DNA of 64,000 bases from an uncultured Bacteriovoracaceae bacterium (GTDB taxonomy: Bacteria > Bdellovibrionota > Bacteriovoracia > Bacteriovoracales > Bacteriovoracaceae), in assembly GCA_964012805.1 (NCBI GenBank), contig CAXGUD010000002.1:64001-128000 (forward strand), given 5' to 3'. Position numbers and translations under genes: made by a program. The stretch's first letter is position 1; every line of letters begins with the position of its first letter. The notes beneath the pieces are model-generated. The model worked only from the letters and a program-made list of their open reading frames with translations, made no database searches and was not told where the DNA came from. Positions 29,671-39,439 of the stretch are shown here, piece by piece.

Positions 29671-30555
29671 TTACTTTATTTCAAAAAAGTCATAAATTTT
29701 TTTGACTTCTCTCAATCCAAGATAATAGTAATGTGACGCACCATCTATAGTCCAAAACTCCACTTTACCGTTTGCTTGACAACCGTGAGTCTTTTTCACA
29801 TTAATTTTTCGACCTAATGTCGCCCGAAAAGAAGATCCTTGAAAACTCCCCCCGCTACATAGATTTTTTTCTTCCCAAAAGCTGACGGTCTTGTAAGCAC
29901 TTGGATGCCACCTTGAACCTTCAAAGGGCCCTCCGGCCGCGGGCCCGCTTCCTTCAAATAAAATTGTCTTGTCTTTTGTGCTATGAATGTGAAGAACCTT
30001 AAGTGGTCTTATAGGTTCACATTTTTGGGACTCCATGGGCCCGGAGCCTGCAAAGCTTACGACACCACTTATTAGGTCTGATGCCTCACAGGCCATACGG
30101 TAGGCCATAAAACCACCATTAGAAAAACCAGCTACAAAAATTTTATCTTCGTTAATGGGATATTCTTTTTTTAATTTATTTATGATTGATCTCAAAAAAG
30201 AAACGTCATTTGGGACTTGATCTGCATGGCCATCACAACAGTTTAGGCCACTCCAAAATCTTTTTCCTTTTTTGTCCTTAATACCTGAAGGAACAGCTAC
30301 GATAGTTTTCCTTTTGCTTGAGAGGTAATTAAGAGGAAGCACAAATCTCTGCTGCGATGGGTTACTAGAGTAGCCATGCAGTGAAATAATAAGAGACAAC
30401 TTTTCACCTTTTGAAATTTTTCTAGGGGCATAAACAATCGTAGGTGCTCGCCCTTCCTCAGAGGAAACAGTTTTTTTGGCGGGGAAAATACTGGAGTGAG
30501 AATTTTCGGTAGAAAGAAAAAACGCAACCACAAATAAGAATAAAAAGCTTTTCAT
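29671..30555 (-). CDS. Secreted alpha/beta hydrolase, PHB depolymerase/LpqC-type esterase
   Basis: SLHGY, NCC, DVSFL, GFSNGG nucleophile elbow, LHIHSTKD, GASH. Confidence 0.85.
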   Translation of the reverse strand: MKSFLFLFVVAFFLSTENSHSSIFPAKKTVSSEEGRAPTIVYAPRKISKGEKLSLIISLHGYSSNPSQQRFVLPLNYLSSKRKTIVAVPSGIKDKKGKRFWSGLNCCDGHADQVPNDVSFLRSIINKLKKEYPINEDKIFVAGFSNGGFMAYRMACEASDLISGVVSFAGSGPMESQKCEPIRPLKVLHIHSTKDKTILFEGSGPAAGGPFEGSRWHPSAYKTVSFWEEKNLCSGGSFQGSSFRATLGRKINVKKTHGCQANGKVEFWTIDGASHYYYLGLREVKKIYDFFEIK

Positions 30556-30710
30556 TTTCTTAGATACTCCTTTAAACATTGAGGACTACACAATACAGGG
30601 AGTAAATTTTTGAAGCTATAACAAATGAAAAGAATACAGATAGACAAATACTGGACAAGGCAAAATAGTGAAAGTGAAACACCCATTAAAAATGAAATCT
30701 CTCCACAAAA

Positions 30711-31964
30711 TTAATCTAAATAATCCCAAGGGATAATGTCTCCGCTAACTTTTAAAGTTTTTAAGATAAAGTACAAACCACCTATTTTTCTATCTATAAA
30801 AAGGTTTTGATGGGGAAGATAATTTAACTTAACCCTCTTTAGGAGCTCTTTACTTCTATTTAAAGCTTGAGTTGGAATTTTTGAATTTCCCCAATCATAG
30901 TATTTTTTGGTAAATGGTTCACTAACCAATAAAAAATAATCCCAAAGAAGGCCTTCATCGGTGTGATTAAAATCGATAAAGTTATGTTTTTCTAATATAT
31001 CCCACAATGCCTTTTTGTCTCTCCTAGCGATTCCTCTCATGATTCCCTGATAATCCTGAGAGATCTCTTTAGAAAGCTCTTTAGTAGCACCGAAATCCAA
31101 AAGAACCCACTTATTATCTTTAATGAGATAATTTCCAGCATGAGCGTCACTTTGTACTAAATTCCATTCAAAAATTTCTTTAAAAAAGAGTTCAAAAAAA
31201 TCTTTTCCAAGTTTATTTCTGCTAGTCTGACTTAAATTAAGAACTTCATCTTGGATACTATGTCCTTTAATGAAAGCTGTACAAATAAAGGTTTTACTTG
31301 AAAATTCTTTAAAAACTTGAGGGACTATGTACTTATCTCCAACGAGAGAAGCGTACTTTAACGTTAAATTGGCTTCTTTTTCATAATCCATCTCCTGCAA
31401 AAGCATAACCTTAATTTCTTTAAAAATACTATCGAGGTTGTAATCTTTAGGAACGACTTTGGTGAAACTTAAAAGAAGCCTTAAAGCTTTCAAATCGAGG
31501 TCTATAACTCTTTGAATATTTTTATACTGTATCTTAAGAGCGTATTCTTTTTTACCTGTTTCTTTGTCAATTGCCTTATGAACTTGCCCAATAGACGCCG
31601 CTGCTATAGGACTTTTAGATATAACTAACTCTTCTAAAATTTTTGGATCGAGTTGCTTTGAAATTTGGTTCCAACTGAGAAATGATGATTGTGATTGAAG
31701 TTGCTCTAATAAATTTTCAACTTCTGGAGGAAGTAATTCCTTGCCATATAAAGAAAGGATCTGACCTGCTTTTAAAAGACTTCCCTTTAACTGACCTAGG
31801 TCTTCAGTAAGAACGCCCATCTTATTTTGGAGATAGCGGCCAAATTTATCGGAAACTTCTTTTTCGCTAGAGAAAAAAAGCTCTTTTCCAAGTTGAGTCG
31901 CTAATTTTGCAAGAATTAGATTTCTTTTAAAGAAACCAGTGTTGAGTTTGCTTAGCTCTTTCAT
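30711..31964 (-). CDS. ABC1/UbiB/AarF family atypical kinase
   Basis: LKGSLLKAGQ (KxGQ), AAASIGQVH, ALKIQY, DAHAGN, LLDFGA. Confidence 0.9.
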   Translation of the reverse strand: MKELSKLNTGFFKRNLILAKLATQLGKELFFSSEKEVSDKFGRYLQNKMGVLTEDLGQLKGSLLKAGQILSLYGKELLPPEVENLLEQLQSQSSFLSWNQISKQLDPKILEELVISKSPIAAASIGQVHKAIDKETGKKEYALKIQYKNIQRVIDLDLKALRLLLSFTKVVPKDYNLDSIFKEIKVMLLQEMDYEKEANLTLKYASLVGDKYIVPQVFKEFSSKTFICTAFIKGHSIQDEVLNLSQTSRNKLGKDFFELFFKEIFEWNLVQSDAHAGNYLIKDNKWVLLDFGATKELSKEISQDYQGIMRGIARRDKKALWDILEKHNFIDFNHTDEGLLWDYFLLVSEPFTKKYYDWGNSKIPTQALNRSKELLKRVKLNYLPHQNLFIDRKIGGLYFILKTLKVSGDIIPWDYLD

Positions 31965-32123
31965 TCAAGAAGTTCCTTGCTTCCGGTGAATTTTATCAAC
32001 CTACAACCTTTATATTCTATTCCATTAAAACGGGCCACTTTTAGTTTCTTTTAAAATGAGGCTACGAGGCTTTTAGACATATCTAAGGAAAATAGTTATT
32101 TCATTGACTTATAAACTTTTTTT

Positions 32124-32840
32124 TTAGAGGTCATTCTCTGGGACTGAAGTAAATACACACCGAAACCCAATGTAGACGACGTGGAAATCCTTGTCTTTAA
32201 ACTGGAAGCCGCTTTCTTTTGTCTTTTCCGGGCCATACCAAAAACTTGCGCCAAGAGTGATTCTTTCCTTACCTCTTTTATCTAGCCCCCACTCCCAAGC
32301 ATTTCCACCCATGTCATAAAGGTCATTGATGCCTGATTTAAAACTTTTTACAGGAGACAACCCCATAAATTTGTCCTTTTCCCAGTCTAAATTCATTTCC
32401 TCTGCCCTTTCGCCTGAGGGATATGGGTAAGTGCGACCTTTTTTAAAATTTGTTGGCTTTGATTGGCTTTTTAAGATTTGAGTATAAGCAGCTCTTTTCC
32501 ATTGTTTCTTAGTTGGGAGGTCTCCTCCTAAAAACTGGCAATAGGATCTCGCCTCATTCCAGGTAATATGAACTGCCGGAAGATTAAAAGACGTTTTTTT
32601 TCCAAAAGGGCTTAAGTAAGACCATTTTTTCTTTAACTCCCAACCGGCTCCCCAACGATAAGATCCTCCTGTTATTTGCGCCTTCGTCTTTTTTTTATGT
32701 TTCTTTAAATAGACATGAAAATTTGAAATCGTAACTTCACTGTCTTGGATGTAAAAATTATCAATTTTTATTAATTTACTACTAGATTCAGTTGATAGAA
32801 GAACTGCTATTATAAAAAAAAAAGGAATTACAAACCTCAT
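32124..32840 (-). CDS. FGE-sulfatase (SUMF1-like) domain protein, exported
   Basis: EVT, PAVHITWNEA..YC, LPT, LYDMGGNAWEW, IGFRC; catalytic Cys pair of true FGE not evident. Confidence 0.85.
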   Translation of the reverse strand: MRFVIPFFFIIAVLLSTESSSKLIKIDNFYIQDSEVTISNFHVYLKKHKKKTKAQITGGSYRWGAGWELKKKWSYLSPFGKKTSFNLPAVHITWNEARSYCQFLGGDLPTKKQWKRAAYTQILKSQSKPTNFKKGRTYPYPSGERAEEMNLDWEKDKFMGLSPVKSFKSGINDLYDMGGNAWEWGLDKRGKERITLGASFWYGPEKTKESGFQFKDKDFHVVYIGFRCVFTSVPENDL

Positions 32841-32863
32841 AGTTTTATACTCACACCTTTAAA

Positions 32864-33427
32864 TTAAGTAATTTTTTTTCTAAAAATATTGTTTTCCAGT
32901 ATCGTTACTTCTGCCTTATGTTCTTTTCCACAATTTAAAATCTTATCTTTGAATTTTTGTATATGATGTCCATCAGATAAGGATATATAAAATTCAAGGC
33001 TCTGAAACTTATTTGGAATGATATTATCAATCCTACTTATATTGATATTATTATCAGAAAATAATTTGGAAATTTCATGAATAAAAGAAGTCGGTAATAT
33101 ATTTGAAGCGGTACACTTTACAATAAAATCTTCAGAGTTTTCAATAGACGGACGGTTGTCATTATCTTCTCTTAAAATATAGTCATAATTCATTTCAAGT
33201 TTCAAATTTTTAGCTTCAAAGAGAAGGTCTTTTAAAATATCGTCATGATTATAATTATTACCATTTTTTGTAAAAACAAGGCTTAAAGAAAGGAGGCCGT
33301 GCATAACGACTTGCCCCATACCTGTAAGTTTCCCCTTTCCTTTAATTATTTTTTTCACAAGTTTCGAGGTAATACCAGGCTTATCCTGTCCACTTATAGT
33401 AACGAGGATTCTTTTTGCCTCAGACAC
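32864..33427 (-). CDS. Tandem ACT-domain protein resembling the N-terminus of long phosphoserine phosphatase
   Basis: ILVTISGQDKPGITS, GQVVMHGLLSL, LKDLLFEA, NINISRI; ends NIFRKK with no HAD domain. Confidence 0.75.
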   Translation of the reverse strand: MSEAKRILVTISGQDKPGITSKLVKKIIKGKGKLTGMGQVVMHGLLSLSLVFTKNGNNYNHDDILKDLLFEAKNLKLEMNYDYILREDNDNRPSIENSEDFIVKCTASNILPTSFIHEISKLFSDNNINISRIDNIIPNKFQSLEFYISLSDGHHIQKFKDKILNCGKEHKAEVTILENNIFRKKIT

Positions 33428-33603
33428 TTTAGTTCCTTATTTATGTAAAAGCTAATTTTTTACTATTATTATTTTTTTTAATTTTAATATTTTAGTTATT
33501 TTTATTAATCTGCAAATTGTTAGACTCTTTTATGAGAAAAACTAGCTAACCCCTTTTTAATAAGAAAAGAAATAACTAGCCCATATAATTTCTTTTAAAG
33601 GTT

Positions 33604-34344
33604 TTAAATTAGAATTTGGCTTAAAAATAATTTCGTTCTATCGTGTTGAGGATCGCTGAAAAAAGGACCGGGTTCATTTTCTTCTATAATTTTTCCATAA
33701 TCCATAAAAATAACTCTATCAGCGACTTCTTTGGCAAAACCCATTTCATGAGTCACCACAATCATTGTCATTCCTTCTTTTGCTAGATCAACCATAACCT
33801 CAAGAACTTCTTTAACCATTTCAGGATCAAGCGCCGAAGTTGGTTCATCGAAAAGCATAATTTTTGGTTTCATGCAAAGACTTCTCGCTATGGCGACTCT
33901 TTGCTGTTGCCCCCCAGAAAGCTGGCCAGGAAACTTCATTGCCTGCTCCTGAATTTGCACCCTTTCAAGATAATGGTAAGCAATTTCCTCGGCATCCTTT
34001 CTATTCATCTTTCTTACCCAAATTGGGGCAAGAGTCAGATTTTCTAAAATTGTTAAATGGGGAAAGAGGTTAAAGTGCTGGAAGACCATTCCAACATCTG
34101 CTCTTACGCTATCAACATTTTTTACGTTATCCTTTAACTCTATACCATTAACGACGATCGTTCCTTTTTGATGAACTTCAAGGCGGTTTAAACACCTGAC
34201 TAGAGTAGACTTACCAGAACCAGAAGGCCCACAAATAACGATTTTTTCACCCTGAGTTACCTCTAAGTTTATATTTTGAAGAACATGAAACTTTCCAAAC
34301 CATTTATCTAGGCTTTTAACTGATATAACTAGAGGATTTGTCAT
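33604..34344 (-). CDS. aapP: General L-amino acid ABC transporter ATPase
   Basis: [38 protein letters not shown]. Confidence 0.92.
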   Translation of the reverse strand: MTNPLVISVKSLDKWFGKFHVLQNINLEVTQGEKIVICGPSGSGKSTLVRCLNRLEVHQKGTIVVNGIELKDNVKNVDSVRADVGMVFQHFNLFPHLTILENLTLAPIWVRKMNRKDAEEIAYHYLERVQIQEQAMKFPGQLSGGQQQRVAIARSLCMKPKIMLFDEPTSALDPEMVKEVLEVMVDLAKEGMTMIVVTHEMGFAKEVADRVIFMDYGKIIEENEPGPFFSDPQHDRTKLFLSQILI

Positions 34345-34376
34345 ATTCTATTTTCCTTTTTATAACTTACCTAGAT

Positions 34377-35450
34377 TTAAGCTAGACCTGTGTCTAACTC
34401 TTTTTCCAAACGTCGGCTATACTTTCCGAGAGAAAAGCAAAAGCAAAAGTACAAAACGGCCATAAAGATATAGGCTTCAACACTAAAACCCAACCAATGC
34501 GGATCACTCATTGCACCTTTTGCTGTATACATCATATCCTGGAGAGCAATAATCATAACAAGTGACGTATCTTTAAACATTGAAATAGAGGTATTAACTG
34601 TTGGAGGAATAACAATTTTTAAAGCTTGAGGAAGAATAACAAGCCTCATTTTTTGAAAATAATTAAGGCCTAATGAATCCGATGCTTCATACTGGCCATT
34701 TGGTATTGCTTGAAGTCCACCTCTTATAACTTCTGCCATATAGGCGGAGATAAACATTATAATCGCAACTTGGGCCCTTAAAAGTTTATTAATAACAATC
34801 CCTTTGGGCAAAAATAGCGGGAACATCACTGAGGACATAAAAAGTATACTAATAAGAGGTACTCCTCTTATTAGTTCAATATATCCAATTGAGAGAAGCC
34901 TAACAACTCCCATTTTAGAACGTCTTCCTAAGGCAAGAAGAATTCCTAAAGGATAGCTCACTGTGATAGCAACAGTTGCAAGCATTAATGTTAAGGGTAA
35001 ACCAGACCATTTATCCGTTTCAACGAATTCAAGTCCAAATATTCCTCCTCTCATAAGAAAAAAGGAAAAAACTCCAAAAAAGAACCATAAACCTAATAAC
35101 TTCTTGCCCCAGCGACTTCTGTCTCGACTAAAAACAAGAAGAGCTAGGTAAATAAAAACATTTAAGACAGGTCTCCAATGTTCATCTTGGGGATACATTC
35201 CTAGTAAAATATACCTCGTTTTTTCTTTTAAAAAGGCAAGACAAGCCCCTTCTACTTTTCTGCACGCCTCGGCATCACCATTTAATAGACTATCAACAAA
35301 GAGCCATTGATAACTAGGAATAAGAATATTAATAATCCCATAAATGATAAGAATTGTTATGAAAGAAGATAATGGATTATAGAATAGGTTATCTTTAAGC
35401 CATTTTAATATAATTTTGATTCTACTTTTTTCTTCTTTATTCTCTTCCAT
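34377..35450 (-). CDS. aapM: General L-amino acid ABC transporter permease
   Basis: WSGLPLTL, LALGRRS, RGVPLI, AEVIRGGLQAI, FKDTSLV. Confidence 0.9.
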   Translation of the reverse strand: MEENKEEKSRIKIILKWLKDNLFYNPLSSFITILIIYGIINILIPSYQWLFVDSLLNGDAEACRKVEGACLAFLKEKTRYILLGMYPQDEHWRPVLNVFIYLALLVFSRDRSRWGKKLLGLWFFFGVFSFFLMRGGIFGLEFVETDKWSGLPLTLMLATVAITVSYPLGILLALGRRSKMGVVRLLSIGYIELIRGVPLISILFMSSVMFPLFLPKGIVINKLLRAQVAIIMFISAYMAEVIRGGLQAIPNGQYEASDSLGLNYFQKMRLVILPQALKIVIPPTVNTSISMFKDTSLVMIIALQDMMYTAKGAMSDPHWLGFSVEAYIFMAVLYFCFCFSLGKYSRRLEKELDTGLA

Positions 35451-35453
35451 TCA

Positions 35454-36620
35454 TTACCTCTCAACCAAGGCAATATTTTTATTATACCAATTCATAAAAA
35501 TAGAGGTCAGTAAACTAGTACTAAGGTAAAGTAAAATGATTAAAAAGATACACTCAACCGCCTGGCCAGTTTGGTTCAAAGTTGTATTGGATACCGACAC
35601 AAAGTCTGGATAGCCTATCGCAACAGCTAAGGAGCTGTTTTTAGTTAAGTTTAAAAGCTGACTTGTTAAAGGTGGTACGATAACCCTTAAGGCCTGAGGT
35701 AAAATAACGAGTCTTAATACTTGATGAGGCTTTAGACCTAAGCTTTCAGCGGCTTCTGTTTGCCCCTTCTTAACAGATAATATCCCTGCTCTTACTACTT
35801 CAGCAATAAAAGCAGCCGTATAAAGGACAAGACCTAAAACAAGACTCATGAATTCTGGCGAAACGGTGTAACCTCCACTAAAATTAAAGCGCCCTTGCTT
35901 AGGTATATCCATTGCAGTTGGAGCTCCACCTATTAGCCAACCCAAAAGAGGAATCATAATGAAAATACATAGACTTATTTTAATGAAAGGTAGAGACCTT
36001 CCTGTTTTATCTTGATGCTTTCTTGCCATTTTCCAAAAAATTAAAATAAGAATCAAGGCCAAAAAAAATCCCCAACCGACTAATTCAAAAGCAGGATCTG
36101 ACTTAGGCAAAGGTATAACAAGTCCACGGTTAGAAAGAAAAACATTTGGTAAGGGTTTGAAAGCATTTCTGACAATGGGTAATATATCTGTAATAAATGT
36201 ATACCAGAAAAAAAGCTGTAATAAGAGTGGAATATTTCTAAGGCTTTCAATATAGCAAAGTGAAATTCTAGACACTAACCAATTACGAGAAAGTCTGGCA
36301 ATACCTATAAGAGTCCCTAAGGTCACCGCTAAAAAGTTCCCAATTATGGCAACCTTGACCGTATTAAAAAAGCCTGCCGAGAGTGCTTTTCCATAATTAT
36401 CGGCAGGTTTGTACTCAATGACACTTTCTCCAATGGGAAAACCGGCTTCTTTTGTTAAAAACCCCCAACCAGAAGCAATTTTCTGTTTCTCTAAATTAGT
36501 TACTGTATTGCTAAAAAAGAAATGACCAATATAAATGAATAAAAGAATCGTTATAAATTGATAAAATAGTGATCTATTTTTGTTATCGTCAAACCATTTT
36601 TTTACAGTATTTATCATCAA
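35454..36620 (-). CDS. aapQ: General L-amino acid ABC transporter permease
   Basis: IARLSRNW, RNIPLLLQLFFWY, LSNRG, KNSSLAVAIGYPD, NQTGQA. Confidence 0.9.
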   Translation of the reverse strand: MMINTVKKWFDDNKNRSLFYQFITILLFIYIGHFFFSNTVTNLEKQKIASGWGFLTKEAGFPIGESVIEYKPADNYGKALSAGFFNTVKVAIIGNFLAVTLGTLIGIARLSRNWLVSRISLCYIESLRNIPLLLQLFFWYTFITDILPIVRNAFKPLPNVFLSNRGLVIPLPKSDPAFELVGWGFFLALILILIFWKMARKHQDKTGRSLPFIKISLCIFIMIPLLGWLIGGAPTAMDIPKQGRFNFSGGYTVSPEFMSLVLGLVLYTAAFIAEVVRAGILSVKKGQTEAAESLGLKPHQVLRLVILPQALRVIVPPLTSQLLNLTKNSSLAVAIGYPDFVSVSNTTLNQTGQAVECIFLIILLYLSTSLLTSIFMNWYNKNIALVER

Positions 36621-36646
36621 TTACCTAAAAAAATCTTTTTTAAAAT

Positions 36647-36679
36647 AAAAGGGCCTCTTGTTAATGAGGCCCTTTTTTT
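36647..36679. terminator. Stem-loop between aapJ and aapQ (attenuating or mRNA-stabilising)
   Basis: AAAAGGGCCTC-N8-GAGGCCCTTTT inverted repeat. Confidence 0.75.
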
Positions 36680-36696
36680 ACTTTTTAAAAATTTCT

Positions 36697-37794
36697 TTAC
36701 TTGATTGGCGGAGCATACATTAAGCCACCGTTAGTATAAAGAGCATTTAGACCTCTATCCAACCTTAAAGGAGTGTTTGGTCCAACATTTCTTTCATAAA
36801 TTTCAGCATAGTTTCCTACTTGCTTAATAGCATTGTAGGCCCATTTTTCATTTGAAACTTCTTTCTTACCTTCTTTTAAAGTAAGACCTAAACTCTTTCC
36901 GTTGCCAACAGTATTACCAATAAGTTTTTGAACATTAGGGTCAGTACTTTTTTGAATGGCATCAGAATCAATGTTAGCAGCTGTAATTCCCATTTCTTCC
37001 GCCGCAAAAAGAGCATAAATAGTAAACTTAACAGCATCAAACCATTGGTCATCACCATGCCTAACAGCAGGTCCTAGAGGCTCTTTTGAAATTCTTTCTG
37101 GTAAAATAACGTGGTTTTGTGGATCTTTTAACTTTGTTCTCTCTGAAGCTAAGCCAGAAGCATCTGTAGTATAAACATCACATCTTTTACTAAGATAAGC
37201 TTTCAAAGTTTCGTCTCTAGATTCAAAAATAACGGCTTTCATTTTCATGCCATTTTTTCTGAAGTAATCAGAAATATTTCTTTCTGTCGTTGTTCCCTGC
37301 TGAACACAAACAGCAGCTCCATCGAGCTCTTTTCCGCTCTTGATTCCATCTTTTTTACGAACCATAAAACCTTGCCCGTCATAAAAAGTGATAGGAGCAA
37401 AATTAAGCCCTAAAGCTGTATCTCTACTTAGAGTATGAGTTGTATTTCTTGCAAGAATATCAATTTCACCAGATTGAAGTGCAGTAAATCTTTGTTGAGC
37501 ACTAAGTTGAGTAAACTTAACTTTTTTGGAGTCACCTAAAACTGCGGCTGCCACAGCACGACAAGTATCTGCATCCAAGCCTTTCATAACACCTTTTGAA
37601 TCTGGTGAAGAAAAACCTGGAACTTGTCCACTAACACCACACTGGATGTAACCTTTTTTCTTAATGTCATCTATCGTACCTGAAAAGGCACTTGAACATA
37701 CAAATGAGCCTACGATAGCGGCAATTCTCAAAGTTTTTGAGTTAATCAAATCCTGCTCCATGTTTACGGTTTCTAAATTTAATACTATTTTCAT
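36697..37794 (-). CDS. aapJ: General L-amino acid ABC transporter binding protein
   Basis: CRAVAAAV, RFTALQSGEID, YDGQGF, ISKEPLGP, VGNYAE, YAPP; true start is probably downstream of 37794. Confidence 0.92.
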   Translation of the reverse strand: MKIVLNLETVNMEQDLINSKTLRIAAIVGSFVCSSAFSGTIDDIKKKGYIQCGVSGQVPGFSSPDSKGVMKGLDADTCRAVAAAVLGDSKKVKFTQLSAQQRFTALQSGEIDILARNTTHTLSRDTALGLNFAPITFYDGQGFMVRKKDGIKSGKELDGAAVCVQQGTTTERNISDYFRKNGMKMKAVIFESRDETLKAYLSKRCDVYTTDASGLASERTKLKDPQNHVILPERISKEPLGPAVRHGDDQWFDAVKFTIYALFAAEEMGITAANIDSDAIQKSTDPNVQKLIGNTVGNGKSLGLTLKEGKKEVSNEKWAYNAIKQVGNYAEIYERNVGPNTPLRLDRGLNALYTNGGLMYAPPIK

Positions 37795-37916
37795 TCTTTA
37801 AAAAAACAAAAAATACCAGGTAAAAAAGTTCATGTTATATTTTTCATATTTAAAGTTATCTTTCTTAAACCCATTAACCGAAAGCTTAGTTTGTATTTAT
37901 TTTAGGAGAAGGCATT

Positions 37917-38357
37917 ATGGGTAGTATTAATAACCAACAGTTTTTAAATAATATTCCAATGGAAATGACCACACCTATGAAAAATAAAAATGGTCAACTT
38001 ATTCTTGTCTACCTCAATTGGGAGTTTAAACAAGAAACTGGAGAGAAACCGTCGCAGGTTCTCTTTAAAGTAAGGACCAATAGATTTTTGGAAGTTGAAG
38101 AAGGTGTCTGGGAGAGAGTTATAGACTTTAAAGAGAAGCTTTCTACTGAGTTTTATATTTCTATAGATTACCCTAAAAATGCGGACGAGTTTTTAAAAGA
38201 AAAAGGGTCCTCTTTGTCTATTGAAGATCTGAATCAAAAATTTGGAATAAACCTCTACTATGTTTGGCAGCGCTTTATCGACAAACCCTGCTCATGGAAA
38301 ACAGAGAAACCAACTCCAACAAATGACGAAGATATTCCACCAGATTATATAGAGTAG
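37917..38357 (+). CDS. Hypothetical protein
   Basis: 146-aa ORF with AGGAG RBS; no family recognised. Confidence 0.7.
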   Translation: MGSINNQQFLNNIPMEMTTPMKNKNGQLILVYLNWEFKQETGEKPSQVLFKVRTNRFLEVEEGVWERVIDFKEKLSTEFYISIDYPKNADEFLKEKGSSLSIEDLNQKFGINLYYVWQRFIDKPCSWKTEKPTPTNDEDIPPDYIE

Positions 38358-38400
38358 TTCATACACTTTTTTCTTGTATTTTTTTACTAAGTAACCAAAA

Positions 38401-39435
38401 ATGGCAAGAAGCAACTTTACAGGAGAAATTCCCAAAGGTGGTCTATTTTTTATGCTAGAAGTAAAGAATAATAAAAAATCATTTTCAAACCCAATTGAGT
38501 CATTTCCAGCACAAAAGAATGTTTTTGAGCAAACAACCAACCATTTCTTCATGGTAAAATCCCTCACTTTTAGCTCAAATAAACTATCAATAGAAGATAA
38601 TTTATTTATAAAAAAAGATATAAAAATCCAAAGCCCTAAATCAAAAGCACTTCTCGAATGGACAGCTCTTTCAGATATCCTCCTCAAAGAGGATCTAACT
38701 CTCCACATTTTTGAATGCCTTGATAAAGAAACCCCTGATGCTCTTTTTCCCAATGACTGGCTTTCAACACATAGAAACCAAGATGGGACCAAGTGCCTTT
38801 GCCTCTACCCAATGTTTCTTGAAAATAGGAGAAAGGAAAAAAAAGAATCTATTATTAAACACCTTCTTGTTGGATACTCTGAAATTGTAGACTTATCGCT
38901 CTATGAAAAACGACCTGATCCATTATTTTTAGAAGGTACGGGTTCTTTAGTCCTTGATCGAGTAAACCGCAAGGCCTTCGCTGCAATTTCCAAAAGAACA
39001 AACCCTGACCTTGTTAAATATTGGGCAGAAAAGTTCAAGTACAAAGAACTCATCACTTTTAATACAAATATTGAAATGCCCATTTATCACACTAATATTA
39101 TGATGTGCATAGGGACTAACTTTGCAATCGTTTGCCTTGATGCTATAGATGACCCAAAGAATCGGAAAAAGGTTCAACAAAAACTGGAATCCTCCAAGGA
39201 CCTTATTGTTATTTCAAAAGAACAGATGTATTCATTCTGTGCCAATGTCATTGAAGTCAAAAATAGCTTCGACGAACCTTTTTTAATTCTTTCCACAAGG
39301 GCCTATAAGAGCTTTACTGACTTTCAGTTAAAAAGCTTATCAAACCACGTCAATAAATTTGTCCATACGCCTCTTGATACTATTGAGGACCTAGGTGGCG
39401 GTAGCGCTCGTTGCCTTCTTGCGGAACTCTTTTAA
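38401..39435 (+). CDS. Amidinotransferase superfamily protein (CtlX-like)
   Basis: TPDALFPNDW, LEGTGSLVLDR, IYHTN, GGGSARC catalytic Cys; start may be ATG 38452. Confidence 0.88.
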   Translation: MARSNFTGEIPKGGLFFMLEVKNNKKSFSNPIESFPAQKNVFEQTTNHFFMVKSLTFSSNKLSIEDNLFIKKDIKIQSPKSKALLEWTALSDILLKEDLTLHIFECLDKETPDALFPNDWLSTHRNQDGTKCLCLYPMFLENRRKEKKESIIKHLLVGYSEIVDLSLYEKRPDPLFLEGTGSLVLDRVNRKAFAAISKRTNPDLVKYWAEKFKYKELITFNTNIEMPIYHTNIMMCIGTNFAIVCLDAIDDPKNRKKVQQKLESSKDLIVISKEQMYSFCANVIEVKNSFDEPFLILSTRAYKSFTDFQLKSLSNHVNKFVHTPLDTIEDLGGGSARCLLAELF

Positions 39436-39439
39436 AAAA

